Assembly (NCBI GenBank): GCA_020053475.1
Contig: JAGVNC010000028.1
Coordinates: 551 to 64,550 of the forward strand
Direction: 5' to 3'
DNA from: Candidatus Omnitrophota bacterium
GTDB taxonomy: Bacteria > Omnitrophota > Gorgyraeia > Zapsychrales > Zapsychraceae
DNA: 64,000 nt
Part shown: positions 19,432 through 29,536 of the stretch, piece by piece
Layout: the number at the start of each line of letters is the position of its first letter
Numbering within the stretch: the first letter of the stretch is position 1
Position numbers and translations under genes: made by a program
The notes under the pieces: generated by a model
Databases searched by the model: none
What the model saw: the letters and a program-made list of their open reading frames with translations, nothing else
Told to the model about the DNA's origin: nothing

Positions 19432-20223
19432 TTATACGCACGCAAAAGGCCGTTGTAAACGCGTGACATTTGTCGCACGGCCGGAACGTTCGTCGATGGC
19501 GACGACAACGCCGCACAACCTTACATCTTTTTCAGCAACGCCAAACCGGACGGGCATGCTTGTCAAAAATCGCTTGATAATTTTCTCCTTATCTTGACCA
19601 ATCACTGAATCGTAAGGCCCCGTCATCCCCAAATCGGTGATATAGGCAGTCCCTCCAGGCAAAATTTTTTCATCCGCGGTCTGGATATGCGTATGCGTGC
19701 CGACGACCGCAGACACTTGACCATCGATAAAATGCCCCAGCGCGTTTTTCTCGCTGGTCGTTTCCGCATGCATGTCCACAATAATGATCGGCGTTTTTTT
19801 TCTAATCTCACCGACAATTCGCTTCAGTTCTTCAAAAGGGCATTTGACCGCGTGGCGCATAAAAACGCGGCCCAACACATTCACAACCCCAACGTTGATC
19901 CCCGCCGCCGTTGGTTTAATGCACCAGCCCTTGCCGGGAACTCCGTCAGGAAAATTGGCAGGGCGCAGGAGAAAGGGTTCGACCGCAAGGGGCACTTCCA
20001 AGTCTTTTTGGTCCCAAACATGGTCTCCCAGCGTAATGACATCACAGCCTGCTTTAAAAAACTGTTTGGCTAAAGAAGCGGTTAGTCCGGAACCTCCTGC
20101 AGCATTTTCGCCATTCACCACGACAAAATCGAGAGAAAATTCTTTTTTAAGATCATTCAACAGGCTTTCCACCGCCAAACGTCCCGGACTCCCGACAACA
20201 TCACCAATGCACAAGATATTCAT
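19432..20223 (-). CDS. ymdB: YmdB-family metallophosphoesterase
   Basis: GDVVG, NGENAAGG, DMHAETTSEK, GTHTH; follows rny. Confidence 0.93.
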   Translation of the reverse strand: MNILCIGDVVGSPGRLAVESLLNDLKKEFSLDFVVVNGENAAGGSGLTASLAKQFFKAGCDVITLGDHVWDQKDLEVPLAVEPFLLRPANFPDGVPGKGWCIKPTAAGINVGVVNVLGRVFMRHAVKCPFEELKRIVGEIRKKTPIIIVDMHAETTSEKNALGHFIDGQVSAVVGTHTHIQTADEKILPGGTAYITDLGMTGPYDSVIGQDKEKIIKRFLTSMPVRFGVAEKDVRLCGVVVAIDERSGRATNVTRLQRPFACV

Positions 20224-21797
20224 TATTTGGCAAACTCCACCGCGCGTTTCTCGCGCAAGACAATCACTTTGATCTGTCCGGGATATTCCATCTCCTGCTC
20301 AATTTTCTGACGGATTTCTCGGGCCAAAACGATGGCTTCGTCATCATTAATTTTATCAGGATCGACAAGGATACGAATTTCCCGGCCGGCCTGAAGGGCA
20401 TAAGATTTCTGAATGCCTTTAAATGAATTCGCGATTCTCTCTAAATTTTCCAATCGCTTAACATACGTTTCTAATGTTTCCGCGCGAGCCCCGGGACGCG
20501 CCGCACTGATCGCATCCGCGGCGGCCACCAACGGGCCATAGACCGTCTTGGATTCGATTTCTTCATGGTGTGACTCAACGGCATTGGCCACCTCTTCACG
20601 CTCACCATATTTTCGCGCTAAATTACCGCCAACAATCGCATGCGTTCCTTCATCAGGATCTTGGCTGGCGACTTTGCCGATGTCGTGCAGCAAACCGGCG
20701 CGCATGGCAATCTTCACATCCAATCCTAATTGCGAGGCGATCGATCCCATCAGCATGGCGACTTCTTTAGTGTGCGCCAATCCATTTTGCCCATAGCTTG
20801 TCCGGAATTTCAATTTGCCGACGAATTTCAACAATTCGGGGTGCATTCCATGAATGTCTAAATCAAAAGCTGCTTTTTCGCCTTCCTCCCTAATAATATT
20901 TTCCAATTCTTTTTTGGCTTTCTCAACGACTTCTTCGATGCGGCCCGGATGGATGCGCCCGTCCGCAATCAGGCTTTCCAATGCAATGCGCGCGGTCTCG
21001 CGGCGGAACATATCGAATCCGGAAATCGTGACCGCCTCGGGGGTGTCATCGATAATAATATCGACACCGGCCGCGGCTTCTAACGCACGAATGTTCCGGC
21101 CTTCGCGGCCAATAATGCGGCCCTTCATTTCATCGCTGGGAAGAGGGACCACGGTCACTGTTGAGCCGGCCGTATGTTCAGAGGCGCATTTCTGAATTGC
21201 CGAGCTAATAATAAGACGCGCCTTCTTTTCTGCCGTTTCTTTAATTTCCTCTTCTGACGCACGGATCCGTGTCGCTTTTTCATGCAAAAGCTCTTCATCC
21301 AGGCGAGACAAAAGAAGCTTTTTAGCATCTTCCTCCGAAAGAGAAGCAATTTTTTGAAGCCGTGCCTTTTCTTCTTCCACAAGGCGAGCTAATTCTTGGG
21401 ACTGCTTGACCACGCCTTCTTCTTTTTCTTGCAAAACAGTCAGCCGTGCACTGATGTCCTTTTCTTTCTTTTCTAATAAATCGACGCGCTTTTCAATATT
21501 TTCTTCTTTAAGCAACAACCTCTTTTCGGTTTCGGTAATTTCATCACGGCGCTGCTTTGTTTCGCGTTCAAAATCTTGGCGCAATTTAATGGCCAAGTCT
21601 TTGCCTTGTAAGTCTAAATCTTTTTTCCCTATTTCCGCTTGTTTTGACGCGGATTCCAATAAACGGCGGGCCTTTTCTTCACTGTCCTTTAATTTTTTAC
21701 CGACAAAAAATCCTCGCAAAAAATAACCTGCCAAAATAAGGGCGATCGCCAAAAATGATAAGGAAAAACTTTGAGTATATGCATTTGCTTCTACCAT
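20223..21797 (-). CDS. rny: Ribonuclease Y
   Basis: TM, coiled coil, KH (KGRIIGREGRNIR) and HD (LLHDIGK) domains. Confidence 0.97.
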   Translation of the reverse strand: MVEANAYTQSFSLSFLAIALILAGYFLRGFFVGKKLKDSEEKARRLLESASKQAEIGKKDLDLQGKDLAIKLRQDFERETKQRRDEITETEKRLLLKEENIEKRVDLLEKKEKDISARLTVLQEKEEGVVKQSQELARLVEEEKARLQKIASLSEEDAKKLLLSRLDEELLHEKATRIRASEEEIKETAEKKARLIISSAIQKCASEHTAGSTVTVVPLPSDEMKGRIIGREGRNIRALEAAAGVDIIIDDTPEAVTISGFDMFRRETARIALESLIADGRIHPGRIEEVVEKAKKELENIIREEGEKAAFDLDIHGMHPELLKFVGKLKFRTSYGQNGLAHTKEVAMLMGSIASQLGLDVKIAMRAGLLHDIGKVASQDPDEGTHAIVGGNLARKYGEREEVANAVESHHEEIESKTVYGPLVAAADAISAARPGARAETLETYVKRLENLERIANSFKGIQKSYALQAGREIRILVDPDKINDDEAIVLAREIRQKIEQEMEYPGQIKVIVLREKRAVEFAK

Positions 21798-21866
21798 GAG
21801 AATCTCCTCTCCAAAAGTAGACTGGTGCGCAACGATTAAAAAATAAATACTGATTTAGGAAAACGA

Positions 21867-22424
21867 TTAATTGACAAGAACATGAGTCACGGCGACATCA
21901 TGGTCCTGGCGGGGAAGTTGCTCAACGATTTGAAAATCAAAGGCGAGACCTACAGTTGGAACGCTTGAAGGTAATTTTTCTAGAAATCGGTCATAGTAAC
22001 CCGCGCCTCGGCCCAAACGGTGGTTTTCTTTATCAAAGGCAAGGGCAGGAACAATAACCATGTCAATTTCATCAAACGTTAGAGGGCTGGATCCCGGGGC
22101 TTTTGGCTGGACAATGCCATAAGGCCCTGGTTCCAAACGACCTTCTAAATTTTCCAATAAAGTAGGAATCAATGTTCGTTGTTGTTGAAACACTCTAGGC
22201 AACCCTATTTTCTTTCCCATTTGGAATACTTTTTTCATCATGGAAAACGTCTCGACTTCCCCGTCAAAAGATGCATAAAACAAGATTAAAGATGCTTGTT
22301 CGAATTCCCGCATCTTAAAAAGCTTATCTTGAATGATCAAGCTTTTTGTTAATCGCTCTTCCTCCTTCTGATTTCTTAAAAGCGTTACGAGCCTTTCTCT
22401 AAGGATTTGTTTTCTATGTTTCAC
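21867..22424 (-). CDS. 5-formyltetrahydrofolate cyclo-ligase
   Basis: VPALAFD and RLGRGAGYYDR. Confidence 0.95.
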   Translation of the reverse strand: MKHRKQILRERLVTLLRNQKEEERLTKSLIIQDKLFKMREFEQASLILFYASFDGEVETFSMMKKVFQMGKKIGLPRVFQQQRTLIPTLLENLEGRLEPGPYGIVQPKAPGSSPLTFDEIDMVIVPALAFDKENHRLGRGAGYYDRFLEKLPSSVPTVGLAFDFQIVEQLPRQDHDVAVTHVLVN

Positions 22425-22558
22425 TGAAACACTTCATTGTTAATGATTGTGGGTTACACAATTGGGGGTATCTTAGCATTTTTTAAAAAATTAGACAACA
22501 ATAAATTTAGGGGTATAAATACTTGTAAATTAATGAGATAGGGTGGAGGGAATCATAA

Positions 22559-22743
22559 AAATCCCCGCCTGTGCCGTCGGAGCAGATAAGTGGTGAACCA
22601 GTTCACCAAGTGGGAGCCTCTTTAAGCTGTCCAAGGACAGCCTAAAAGATAAGCGATTGGCGGCTTATAAAAGCCGGCAATATGTCCCTTAACAAAAGTA
22701 TTGGTTCTTTTAATCATGCCCCTAACGTACACTGCAGGGATTT
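22559..22743 (-). ncRNA. ssrS: 6S RNA
   Basis: About 185 nt with complementary ends (AATCCCTGCAGTGTACGT / ACGGCACAGGCGGGGATT); TATAAT upstream; canonical position before the 5-FTHF cyclo-ligase and rny. Confidence 0.8.
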
Positions 22744-22780
22744 AATCGGATTATATCACGGCTGGGAAGGAAATCCAGTT

Positions 22781-24814
22781 TTATCTAATCATGGCGCTGC
22801 AATCACGGGCAAGCGTTTGCACAAGGCCTTCATGGGCCGTATTGACTTCTTGTTCCGTTAGCGTGCGCTCACTGGACTGATAAATGAACGAAATAACGAT
22901 CCCTCGGCGGTCAGGGGCAATCTTTTCTCCTAAATATTGCTCAACAAAACGCACTTTGGACAAGATGGGAATGTGTTGTCGGTGGATTACATTAAGCACG
23001 TCTTGATAAAAAATGCTTTTGGGCACCGCCAAACTGACATCGCGAACAATCGCCGGATATTCTGATAAAGAAGCAAAAGGCGGTGGGGATTGAACTGTTG
23101 AATAAACAGCTTCTAAATCCAATTCGGCATAAAATACGTGGGGCTGTTTAATACCAAATTGCTGCAAAATTGTTTGATTGATTTTACCCAAAAACCCAAT
23201 GTGTTTGTCGTCATCCCGGATAACAGCGCCTTGCCTTGGCTCAAAGATAGGGAGCTCTTGCGGCTCGACAACCCACTGAGGATGTTGAATCGACCCGACA
23301 GACTCGATGAAAGCCCCTTTAAGATCGTAAACATCAACCTCTTCGCCCCCTTGCGGTTTCCGCCAATCTTGAGTACGAGTCCCCGCCATGATCATGGCTA
23401 GCGTTTCTCGCTCCCCTTCTTTCATATAAATCTTTCCTGTCTCAAAAAATTTTAAATCCTTTTCCCCATGATTCATGTTCATCTGGACAATCTTTAACAG
23501 GCTGGGGAATAACGAAGGACGCATCATCTCTTGATCTTGCGAAAGAGGGTTGACAACTCTTAGGCTCGGCAAATGATCTAATTTTGCTTTTGTTAAATCG
23601 CTACGATGGATCATCGAATAACTAACCACCTCATCAAATCCTTGGGCTTGGCACTGGATTTTTAATTGATTTCTAAGCTGACGCCTAGGATCGGGAGCAA
23701 CGTTCGTGGCGCTGATGCAAGGAAGCCGGGACGGGACCTCTTCATACCCGATGATCCTGGCAACCTCTTCCATCAGGTCTTCTTGGCCCACCACATCCCG
23801 GCGAAAAGACGGAGGGCAAACATGCCAGACGCCTTTGTCTCCTTTGTCGACGACAAAATCCAGGCTGGTAAAAATACGTTGGCATTCGGCAGAAGTCAGT
23901 TGTACACCTAAAAAAGAGTTGATTGCTTCGCATGATACAGAAATAACGGGTTTCTCCATGTGTTTTTTCCCGACACGGACGTCCGCCGCTTGGACCAACA
24001 ATCCCCCGGCGTTCTTTAAAATCAACATAACGGCGCGTTCGGCGGTTGTCTTCACGCTGCCGGGGTCGACCCCGCGCTCAAATCGATACGACGAATCGCT
24101 GCTTAACCCTAATTTGCGTGAAGCTCGACGGATAAGAATAGGGTTGAAATACGCGCTTTCCAATAAAATATTTTTTGTTTGGGCTGTCACTTCCGTGCCC
24201 TTGCCCCCCATAATCCCGGCAATGGCCACAGCCTGTCTTGCATCAGCAATGACCAAAATTGACGGATCAAGCGTGCGTTCAACATTATCGATTGTAACGA
24301 TTGTCTCGCCGGCGTGCGCCCGGCGGACAATGATTTTCTGGCCGCTTAATTTATCATAATCAAAAGCGTGCAAAGGTTGCCCTGTTTCCATTAAACAAAA
24401 ATTCGCGATGTCCACAACGTTATTAATGGAGCGGACCCCAATGCTTTTTAATCGTTTTGTCATCCAGAGCGGTGTTTTATCCATATCCACGCCTTCGATC
24501 ACGCAGGCGATGTACTGCTGGCATCCTTCTTTATCCAGGATCGTGACAGGGAATTTTTTTGATGGCCACTTGATTTTCGACAGGGGCGGAAATTCTTTTT
24601 TCTTCCCTAAGATAGCCGCCGCTTCGCGCGCTATCCCTAATACGCTTAAACAATCGGCGCGATTAGGGGTGACTTCAATCTCGAAAATCATGTCGCCATC
24701 GACCGAGTAAATGCGCTCCACTTCCATGCCGGCCATGCTGAATTTATGCGCCAGTGTTTTGCCGGGGATTCCGACGGCAACGTAATCTTTTAGCCAATTG
24801 AGACTTATTTTCAT
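22781..24814 (-). CDS. pheT: Phenylalanyl-tRNA synthetase beta subunit (lacks B2 domain)
   Basis: TPNRADCLS, GQPLHAFD, RFERGVD, EEVARIIGY. Confidence 0.96.
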   Translation of the reverse strand: MKISLNWLKDYVAVGIPGKTLAHKFSMAGMEVERIYSVDGDMIFEIEVTPNRADCLSVLGIAREAAAILGKKKEFPPLSKIKWPSKKFPVTILDKEGCQQYIACVIEGVDMDKTPLWMTKRLKSIGVRSINNVVDIANFCLMETGQPLHAFDYDKLSGQKIIVRRAHAGETIVTIDNVERTLDPSILVIADARQAVAIAGIMGGKGTEVTAQTKNILLESAYFNPILIRRASRKLGLSSDSSYRFERGVDPGSVKTTAERAVMLILKNAGGLLVQAADVRVGKKHMEKPVISVSCEAINSFLGVQLTSAECQRIFTSLDFVVDKGDKGVWHVCPPSFRRDVVGQEDLMEEVARIIGYEEVPSRLPCISATNVAPDPRRQLRNQLKIQCQAQGFDEVVSYSMIHRSDLTKAKLDHLPSLRVVNPLSQDQEMMRPSLFPSLLKIVQMNMNHGEKDLKFFETGKIYMKEGERETLAMIMAGTRTQDWRKPQGGEEVDVYDLKGAFIESVGSIQHPQWVVEPQELPIFEPRQGAVIRDDDKHIGFLGKINQTILQQFGIKQPHVFYAELDLEAVYSTVQSPPPFASLSEYPAIVRDVSLAVPKSIFYQDVLNVIHRQHIPILSKVRFVEQYLGEKIAPDRRGIVISFIYQSSERTLTEQEVNTAHEGLVQTLARDCSAMIR

Positions 24815-24820
24815 AAAAAA

Positions 24821-25831
24821 TTAAAATTGTTTTAAAAATCGCTGGTCGTTCTCAAAAAAAACACGGATATCCTGAATCCCGTAACGCAACATGGCAATCC
24901 GCTCGACTCCTAAGCCAAACGCCAACCCGGTGTATTTCCCCTCAGGGTATCCAACCGCTTTAAAAACGGCCGGATGCACCATGCCGCATCCCATAATCTC
25001 TAACCATTCTTTCTTGCCATGCTTCCACGAAATATCCACTTCGGCCGAAGGCTCGGTAAACGGAAAAAAATGCGGCCGAAAGCGCATTTGGATGTCCGGG
25101 CCAAAAAATCGTTGGCAGAATGTCGTTAACAGCCCCTTGAGATGGAAAAATTTGACATCGTCCGCAACTAACAACCCCTCGATTTGATGAAACATAAACG
25201 AATGACTGGCGTCGACGGCGTCCGGACGGTAGACCTTCCCCGGAATAATGACGGCCAGCGGCGGCTTGTGCGCCTTCATGATACGGACTTGGCCGGGAGA
25301 CGTATGGCTGCGCAGCAATAATTTTTTTGTTTTATCGCCGGGGTCGGCGACATCCAGATAAAACGTATCAAACCCGTCGCGGGAAGGATGATCGGCCGGG
25401 ATGTTTAACCCCTCAAAGTTGTTTTCTTCGCTTTCAATCTCCGGGCCCTCCATAACGGCAAACCCTAATTTCTCAAACAACCCACAAATTTCATCGATCG
25501 CCTGAGATAGAATGTGACGATGCCCGACGGGCCAACCAATCCCGGGCAATGTAACATCAAAAAATGGCGAAGAGGCGCTTTTTTTTGTTTGCTGGACCTC
25601 ATCTTTCTTGGCGTTAATCAATTGCGTTAAAAGATTTCTTAGCTCATTGACCTGCTTGCCGACAAGGGGCTTTTCTTCGGGCGAAAGACGGGGAAGGGAA
25701 TCAAAAATATCCGAGACTAAGCCTTTCTTGCCTAAATATTTAATCCGAAAGGCTTCGAGGGCCTGTAGATCGTGGACGCCTTCAATGTCCTGATGAACAC
25801 CTTGATGGATTTGAGCAAAATCCCAAGCCAT
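24821..25831 (-). CDS. pheS: Phenylalanyl-tRNA synthetase alpha subunit
   Basis: LLRSHTS, FHQIEGL, FPFTEPSAE, AFGLGVER. Confidence 0.97.
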   Translation of the reverse strand: MAWDFAQIHQGVHQDIEGVHDLQALEAFRIKYLGKKGLVSDIFDSLPRLSPEEKPLVGKQVNELRNLLTQLINAKKDEVQQTKKSASSPFFDVTLPGIGWPVGHRHILSQAIDEICGLFEKLGFAVMEGPEIESEENNFEGLNIPADHPSRDGFDTFYLDVADPGDKTKKLLLRSHTSPGQVRIMKAHKPPLAVIIPGKVYRPDAVDASHSFMFHQIEGLLVADDVKFFHLKGLLTTFCQRFFGPDIQMRFRPHFFPFTEPSAEVDISWKHGKKEWLEIMGCGMVHPAVFKAVGYPEGKYTGLAFGLGVERIAMLRYGIQDIRVFFENDQRFLKQF

Positions 25832-25928
25832 GTTGTTTGGTCCTTGTGCGAACGCTAACAAATTGGGCCCTTGTTCACAGGGCCCTCAATGCAAAATGAT
25901 CACTAGGAATATCCTGAACCCATCGCCT

Positions 25929-26318
25929 CTAATCTTTGGCTTTATCTGTCGCCTTGGCTTGTGCAGATGATGTGTCTTTGGATAGTTTAATCAGTTTTTT
26001 AAAAGCTGCGGGAGAATGGATTGCCATTTCCGACAAAACTTTGCGATCAATCGCTACTTGCGCGTCGATTAGTCCTTTGATAAAACGGCTGTAATTGAGC
26101 CCTTCTTCCCGACAAGCGGCGTTGATCCGAACGATCCACAACCTTCGGATCTCACGTTTTCTGACCTTACGGTCACGATATTGATAAGTTAACCCTTTGC
26201 GTAGGGAACGCAACGCCTGCGCATGTCGTTTACTACGCTGAGCGTATTGCCCCTTCGCTTGTTTCAGGACTCTCTTTTTGCGTCTTTTTGACGATGCTGC
26301 ATGCTTGACTCTAGCCAT
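25929..26318 (-). CDS. rplT: 50S ribosomal protein L20
   Basis: MARVK...[11 protein letters not shown]. Confidence 0.97.
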   Translation of the reverse strand: MARVKHAASSKRRKKRVLKQAKGQYAQRSKRHAQALRSLRKGLTYQYRDRKVRKREIRRLWIVRINAACREEGLNYSRFIKGLIDAQVAIDRKVLSEMAIHSPAAFKKLIKLSKDTSSAQAKATDKAKD

Positions 26319-26508
26319 AAGGCAATAGCCTCCTTATTTTTTTCAAATCAGCCGACGAGACATAACTGCTGTGGCGCAGTCGGCGCTTGGCTTTGCGTGA
26401 TTTCTTACGCAAAATATGTCCTCGGCGGGCGCTTCGCTTCTTTAATTTTCCCGACTTGGTGCGCCGGAACCTTTTTGCAGCGGAACGATTCGTTTTTAAT
26501 TTCGGCAT
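26311..26508 (-). CDS. rpmI: 50S ribosomal protein L35
   Basis: [14 protein letters not shown]. Confidence 0.97.
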   Translation of the reverse strand: MPKLKTNRSAAKRFRRTKSGKLKKRSARRGHILRKKSRKAKRRLRHSSYVSSADLKKIRRLLPYG

Positions 26509-26560
26509 AATGTAATTTCCTTTCCCATATCCAAGTTAATCCGGCACTTGGCAGATTGAC

Positions 26561-27091
26561 TCACGAACTTTTGGCCGCCTTTTCCGCCTGCGGAGCAAAG
26601 ACAACAGACATCACCCGGCCTTCTAAAAACGGAGATGATTCCGGCTGCCCATATTCTTTCAAGTCAACAATCGAACGCTCCACAATTTTTTGGCCGATAT
26701 CCCTGTACATTAATTCCCGCCCGCGGTAAAACATATTGATTTTAACTTTATCTTTTTTGTTCAAAAACCCGATCGCTTGCTTAATCTTGATTTGATAATC
26801 ATTCTCATCAATATGCGGCTTCATGCGGATTTGCTTTAAGTGGACAACCTTTTGATTGCGGCGCATTTTCCGTTCTTTTTTCTCCTGATCATATTTATAT
26901 TTGCTAAAATCCATGATGCGGCAAACCGGAGGCTTCGCCGTCGGAGAAATCTCGACAAGGTCCAACTCATGTTCTTTGGCCAATTCAATGGCCCGCTTGA
27001 TCATGACAACGCCCAGCTGTTCGGCCTCAGGGCCGATGACCCGTACCTCCGGGGATTTAATACGCTCATTGACACGAATAAATTTTTGGAT
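26561..27091 (-). CDS. infC: Translation initiation factor IF-3 (AUC start)
   Basis: Frame extends upstream through RVNERI to an ATC 7 nt after AGGAGG; PPVCRIMD. Confidence 0.93.
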   Translation of the reverse strand: MQKFIRVNERIKSPEVRVIGPEAEQLGVVMIKRAIELAKEHELDLVEISPTAKPPVCRIMDFSKYKYDQEKKERKMRRNQKVVHLKQIRMKPHIDENDYQIKIKQAIGFLNKKDKVKINMFYRGRELMYRDIGQKIVERSIVDLKEYGQPESSPFLEGRVMSVVFAPQAEKAAKSS

Positions 27092-27105
27092 AGGATTCCC
27101 TCCTT

Positions 27106-28836
27106 TTAATTTTTGTCTTTAATTTTTTGCTGAATCATTGTTAAAAACTCGTTGAACAACATCCCGCCTTTTTCGCCTTCATGATAAGAACGAACAGCCA
27201 TTTTCTTCTCTTGTTTTTCTTTGTCCCCCACAACAAGAATGTAGGGAATCTTGCGGACCGTGGCTTCACGCACACGCTTGCCTAAACTTTCGTTTCTGTG
27301 GTCAATTATAGCGCGCACGCCATGGCTTTGTAAATTCTCTTTTAATTCTTCTGCATACCCATAATGATTTTCTCTGATGGGAATAATCGCCGCCTGAACC
27401 GGTGCCAACCAAACCGGGAATGCCCCGCCGTAATGCTCGATCAGCGTCCCCAAGAAACGCTCTAGGCTCCCTAAAATCGCCCGATGGATCATGATCGGGG
27501 AGCTTTCCCCTCCGGATTCGTTGATATACCCTAATTTAAACCGCTCCGGTAATGAAAAATCGCATTGGATCGTCGCACACTGCCATTGTCGCTTGATCGC
27601 ATCGCGCAATTTAATGTCAATTTTCGGGCCGTAAAAGGCGCCTTCCCCTTCGTTAATCTGATACGTTAATTTCTTTTCTTCCAATGCGGCTTGCAACGCG
27701 CGCGTGGCCGTTTCCCAATTTTTTAAACTTCCGATATATTTTTCCGGACGCGTACTTAATTCAATGTCTATGTCTTTGAACCCAAAATCATTCATCACCT
27801 CAAACACAAAATCAATAACGCCTTCGACTTCTGCCTTGACTTGATCCTCTCGGCAGAAAATGTGGGCGTCGTCCTGGGTAAATCCCCGGACACGTAAAAG
27901 CCCGTGCAAAACACCGGCCTTTTCTCGACGATAAACAGTTCCTAATTCAAAATAGCGGATCGGCAGGTCACGGTATGACCGCGTCTTGGAGCGATAAATC
28001 AGGATGTGCCCCGGACAATTCATCGGCTTGACCGCAAACTCTTCGTTATCGATTTTGAACAAATACATATTCTCGCGATAATGCTCAAGATGCCCGCTTT
28101 CTTCCCACAATTTATTCTTTAACAAGTGCGGAGTCATGACCAAGTCGTACCCGCGGGCCAAATGTTTTTCACGCACATAATCTTCGATGATCTTACGAAG
28201 CATGGCACCCGCCGGATGATAAAACACAACCCCTGCCCCGGCAGATTCGTGATAAAAATTGAAAAGGTCTAATTGCACGCCTAATTTACGGTGGTCGCGT
28301 TTTTGCGCTTCCTCTAACATCTTAAGATGTTCATCGAGTTCTTGTTGGCTAAAAAACGCGGTGCCATAAATCCGTTGTAATTTGGGCTTTGTTTCATCGC
28401 CGCGCCAATAAGAACCTGCCACTGACAGCAATTTGAATGCCTTGATCTGCCCTGCGTTATCGACGTGCGGCCCCTTGCAAAGATCAAACCATTCCTTGCC
28501 GGTATTAACAATAGATACTTCCTTGTCGGGGATGCCTTCGATCAGCTCAACTTTATAATTTTCCTTCATTGTCGCAAAGAGATTGATCGCTTCGGCGCGT
28601 GACAGGGACGACTGCGTAAATGCCGGCTTGCGCTCAATGATTTGGCGCATGGCCTTTTCAATCTTTTTCAAATCCTCGTCGGTAAATGGCTCGGCGCGCT
28701 CGAAATCATAATAAAATCCGTTATCGATGGCCGGGCCGATGGTCACCTTCACCTGTGGCCAAAGCTGTTGGACCGCCTGGGCCATCACGTGAGAGCAACT
28801 ATGGCGTAATTTGTCTAAATCTGTTTTATATTCCAT
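27106..28836 (-). CDS. thrS: Threonyl-tRNA synthetase (no N-terminal TGS domain)
   Basis: RHSCSH, DLCKGPH, KPMNCPGH, GAFYGPKID. Confidence 0.97.
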   Translation of the reverse strand: MEYKTDLDKLRHSCSHVMAQAVQQLWPQVKVTIGPAIDNGFYYDFERAEPFTDEDLKKIEKAMRQIIERKPAFTQSSLSRAEAINLFATMKENYKVELIEGIPDKEVSIVNTGKEWFDLCKGPHVDNAGQIKAFKLLSVAGSYWRGDETKPKLQRIYGTAFFSQQELDEHLKMLEEAQKRDHRKLGVQLDLFNFYHESAGAGVVFYHPAGAMLRKIIEDYVREKHLARGYDLVMTPHLLKNKLWEESGHLEHYRENMYLFKIDNEEFAVKPMNCPGHILIYRSKTRSYRDLPIRYFELGTVYRREKAGVLHGLLRVRGFTQDDAHIFCREDQVKAEVEGVIDFVFEVMNDFGFKDIDIELSTRPEKYIGSLKNWETATRALQAALEEKKLTYQINEGEGAFYGPKIDIKLRDAIKRQWQCATIQCDFSLPERFKLGYINESGGESSPIMIHRAILGSLERFLGTLIEHYGGAFPVWLAPVQAAIIPIRENHYGYAEELKENLQSHGVRAIIDHRNESLGKRVREATVRKIPYILVVGDKEKQEKKMAVRSYHEGEKGGMLFNEFLTMIQQKIKDKN

Positions 28837-28850
28837 AAGTTTGTTGCTTG

Positions 28851-28913
28851 TCCCGTGGAAGGCTTCGCCTTCCCGGGATTTAATCCCCGAAATCGCCTTG
28901 CGATTTCAGGGGA
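28851..28913 (+). repeat. REP-like double-hairpin element, copy 1
   Basis: TCCCGTGGAAGGCTTCGCCTTCCCGGGATTTAATCCCCGAAATCGCCTTGCGATTTCAGGGGA; similar copies at 29151 and 34147. Confidence 0.85.
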
Positions 28914-28999
28914 TCGCTTGTCGCTTGTCGCTCGAGAGACGAGAAACCAGCAACTAGCGACAAAATCTGGTGGACCCGAGAGGAGAACCTCAAACCAAA

Positions 29000-29074
29000 T
29001 GGACCCGACAAGACTCGAACTTGTGACCTTTTCCATGTCAAGGAAACGCTCTAACCAAACTGAGCTACGGGTCC
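29000..29074 (-). tRNA. tRNA-Val(GAC)
   Basis: GGACCCG acceptor stem, TTGACAT anticodon loop, GTTCGA; CCA not encoded. Confidence 0.95.
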
Positions 29075-29150
29075 GGATTTAAATTCGAAATCCAAATCTC
29101 GAAATTCGAAACATCTGTTTCGTGCTTCCCCGGCCCGCGGCTTTTAGCCG

Positions 29151-29213
29151 TCCCCTGAAATCGCAGAGCGCTTTCGGGGATTAAATTCCAGAAAGGCTTT
29201 GCCTTTCATGGAA
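29151..29213 (-). repeat. REP-like double-hairpin element, copy 2 (inverted)
   Basis: Reverse complement aligns with copy 1 and shows compensatory stem changes. Confidence 0.85.
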
Positions 29214-29260
29214 CAAAGCGGCGGGGCGGGCGGATTTCGTATTGAGAATTTTTTTACACA

Positions 29261-29343
29261 TGGGCAAGGAGGGAGTCGAACCCTCACAGCCTTACGGCCA
29301 CAGGATTTTAAGTCCTGCGTGTATGCCATTCCACCACTTGCCC
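29261..29343 (-). tRNA. tRNA-Leu(TAA)
   Basis: GGGCAAG acceptor stem, CTTAAAA anticodon loop, long variable arm. Confidence 0.95.
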
Positions 29344-29350
29344 AGTAAAA

Positions 29351-29444
29351 TCAGCGACCAGTGGTCAGTGCACAGTGATCAGAAAAGGAATATCGCGCAT
29401 GTTCGTATCTTTCTGGCCACTGACAACTGAACACTCTCCACTAA
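29351..29444. repeat. Inverted arrays of degenerate 7-bp repeats
   Basis: tcagcga ccagtgg tcagtgc acagtga tcagaaa ... tttctgg ccactga caactga acactct ccactaa. Confidence 0.8.
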
Positions 29445-29449
29445 ACTTA

Positions 29450-29521
29450 AGGCGCGAATCGGAATCGAACCGATGTATAGTGGTTTTGCAGACCACTGCC
29501 TTACCACTTGGCTATCGCGCC
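29450..29521 (-). tRNA. tRNA-Cys(GCA)
   Basis: GGCGCGA acceptor stem, CTGCAAA anticodon loop, discriminator U. Confidence 0.95.
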
Positions 29522-29536
29522 ACGTTCAAATATCAA

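Noticed and set aside
28851-29444. Repeats near the tRNAs as a possible CRISPR array
   Set aside because: No identical direct repeats with regular unique spacers, and no cas genes.
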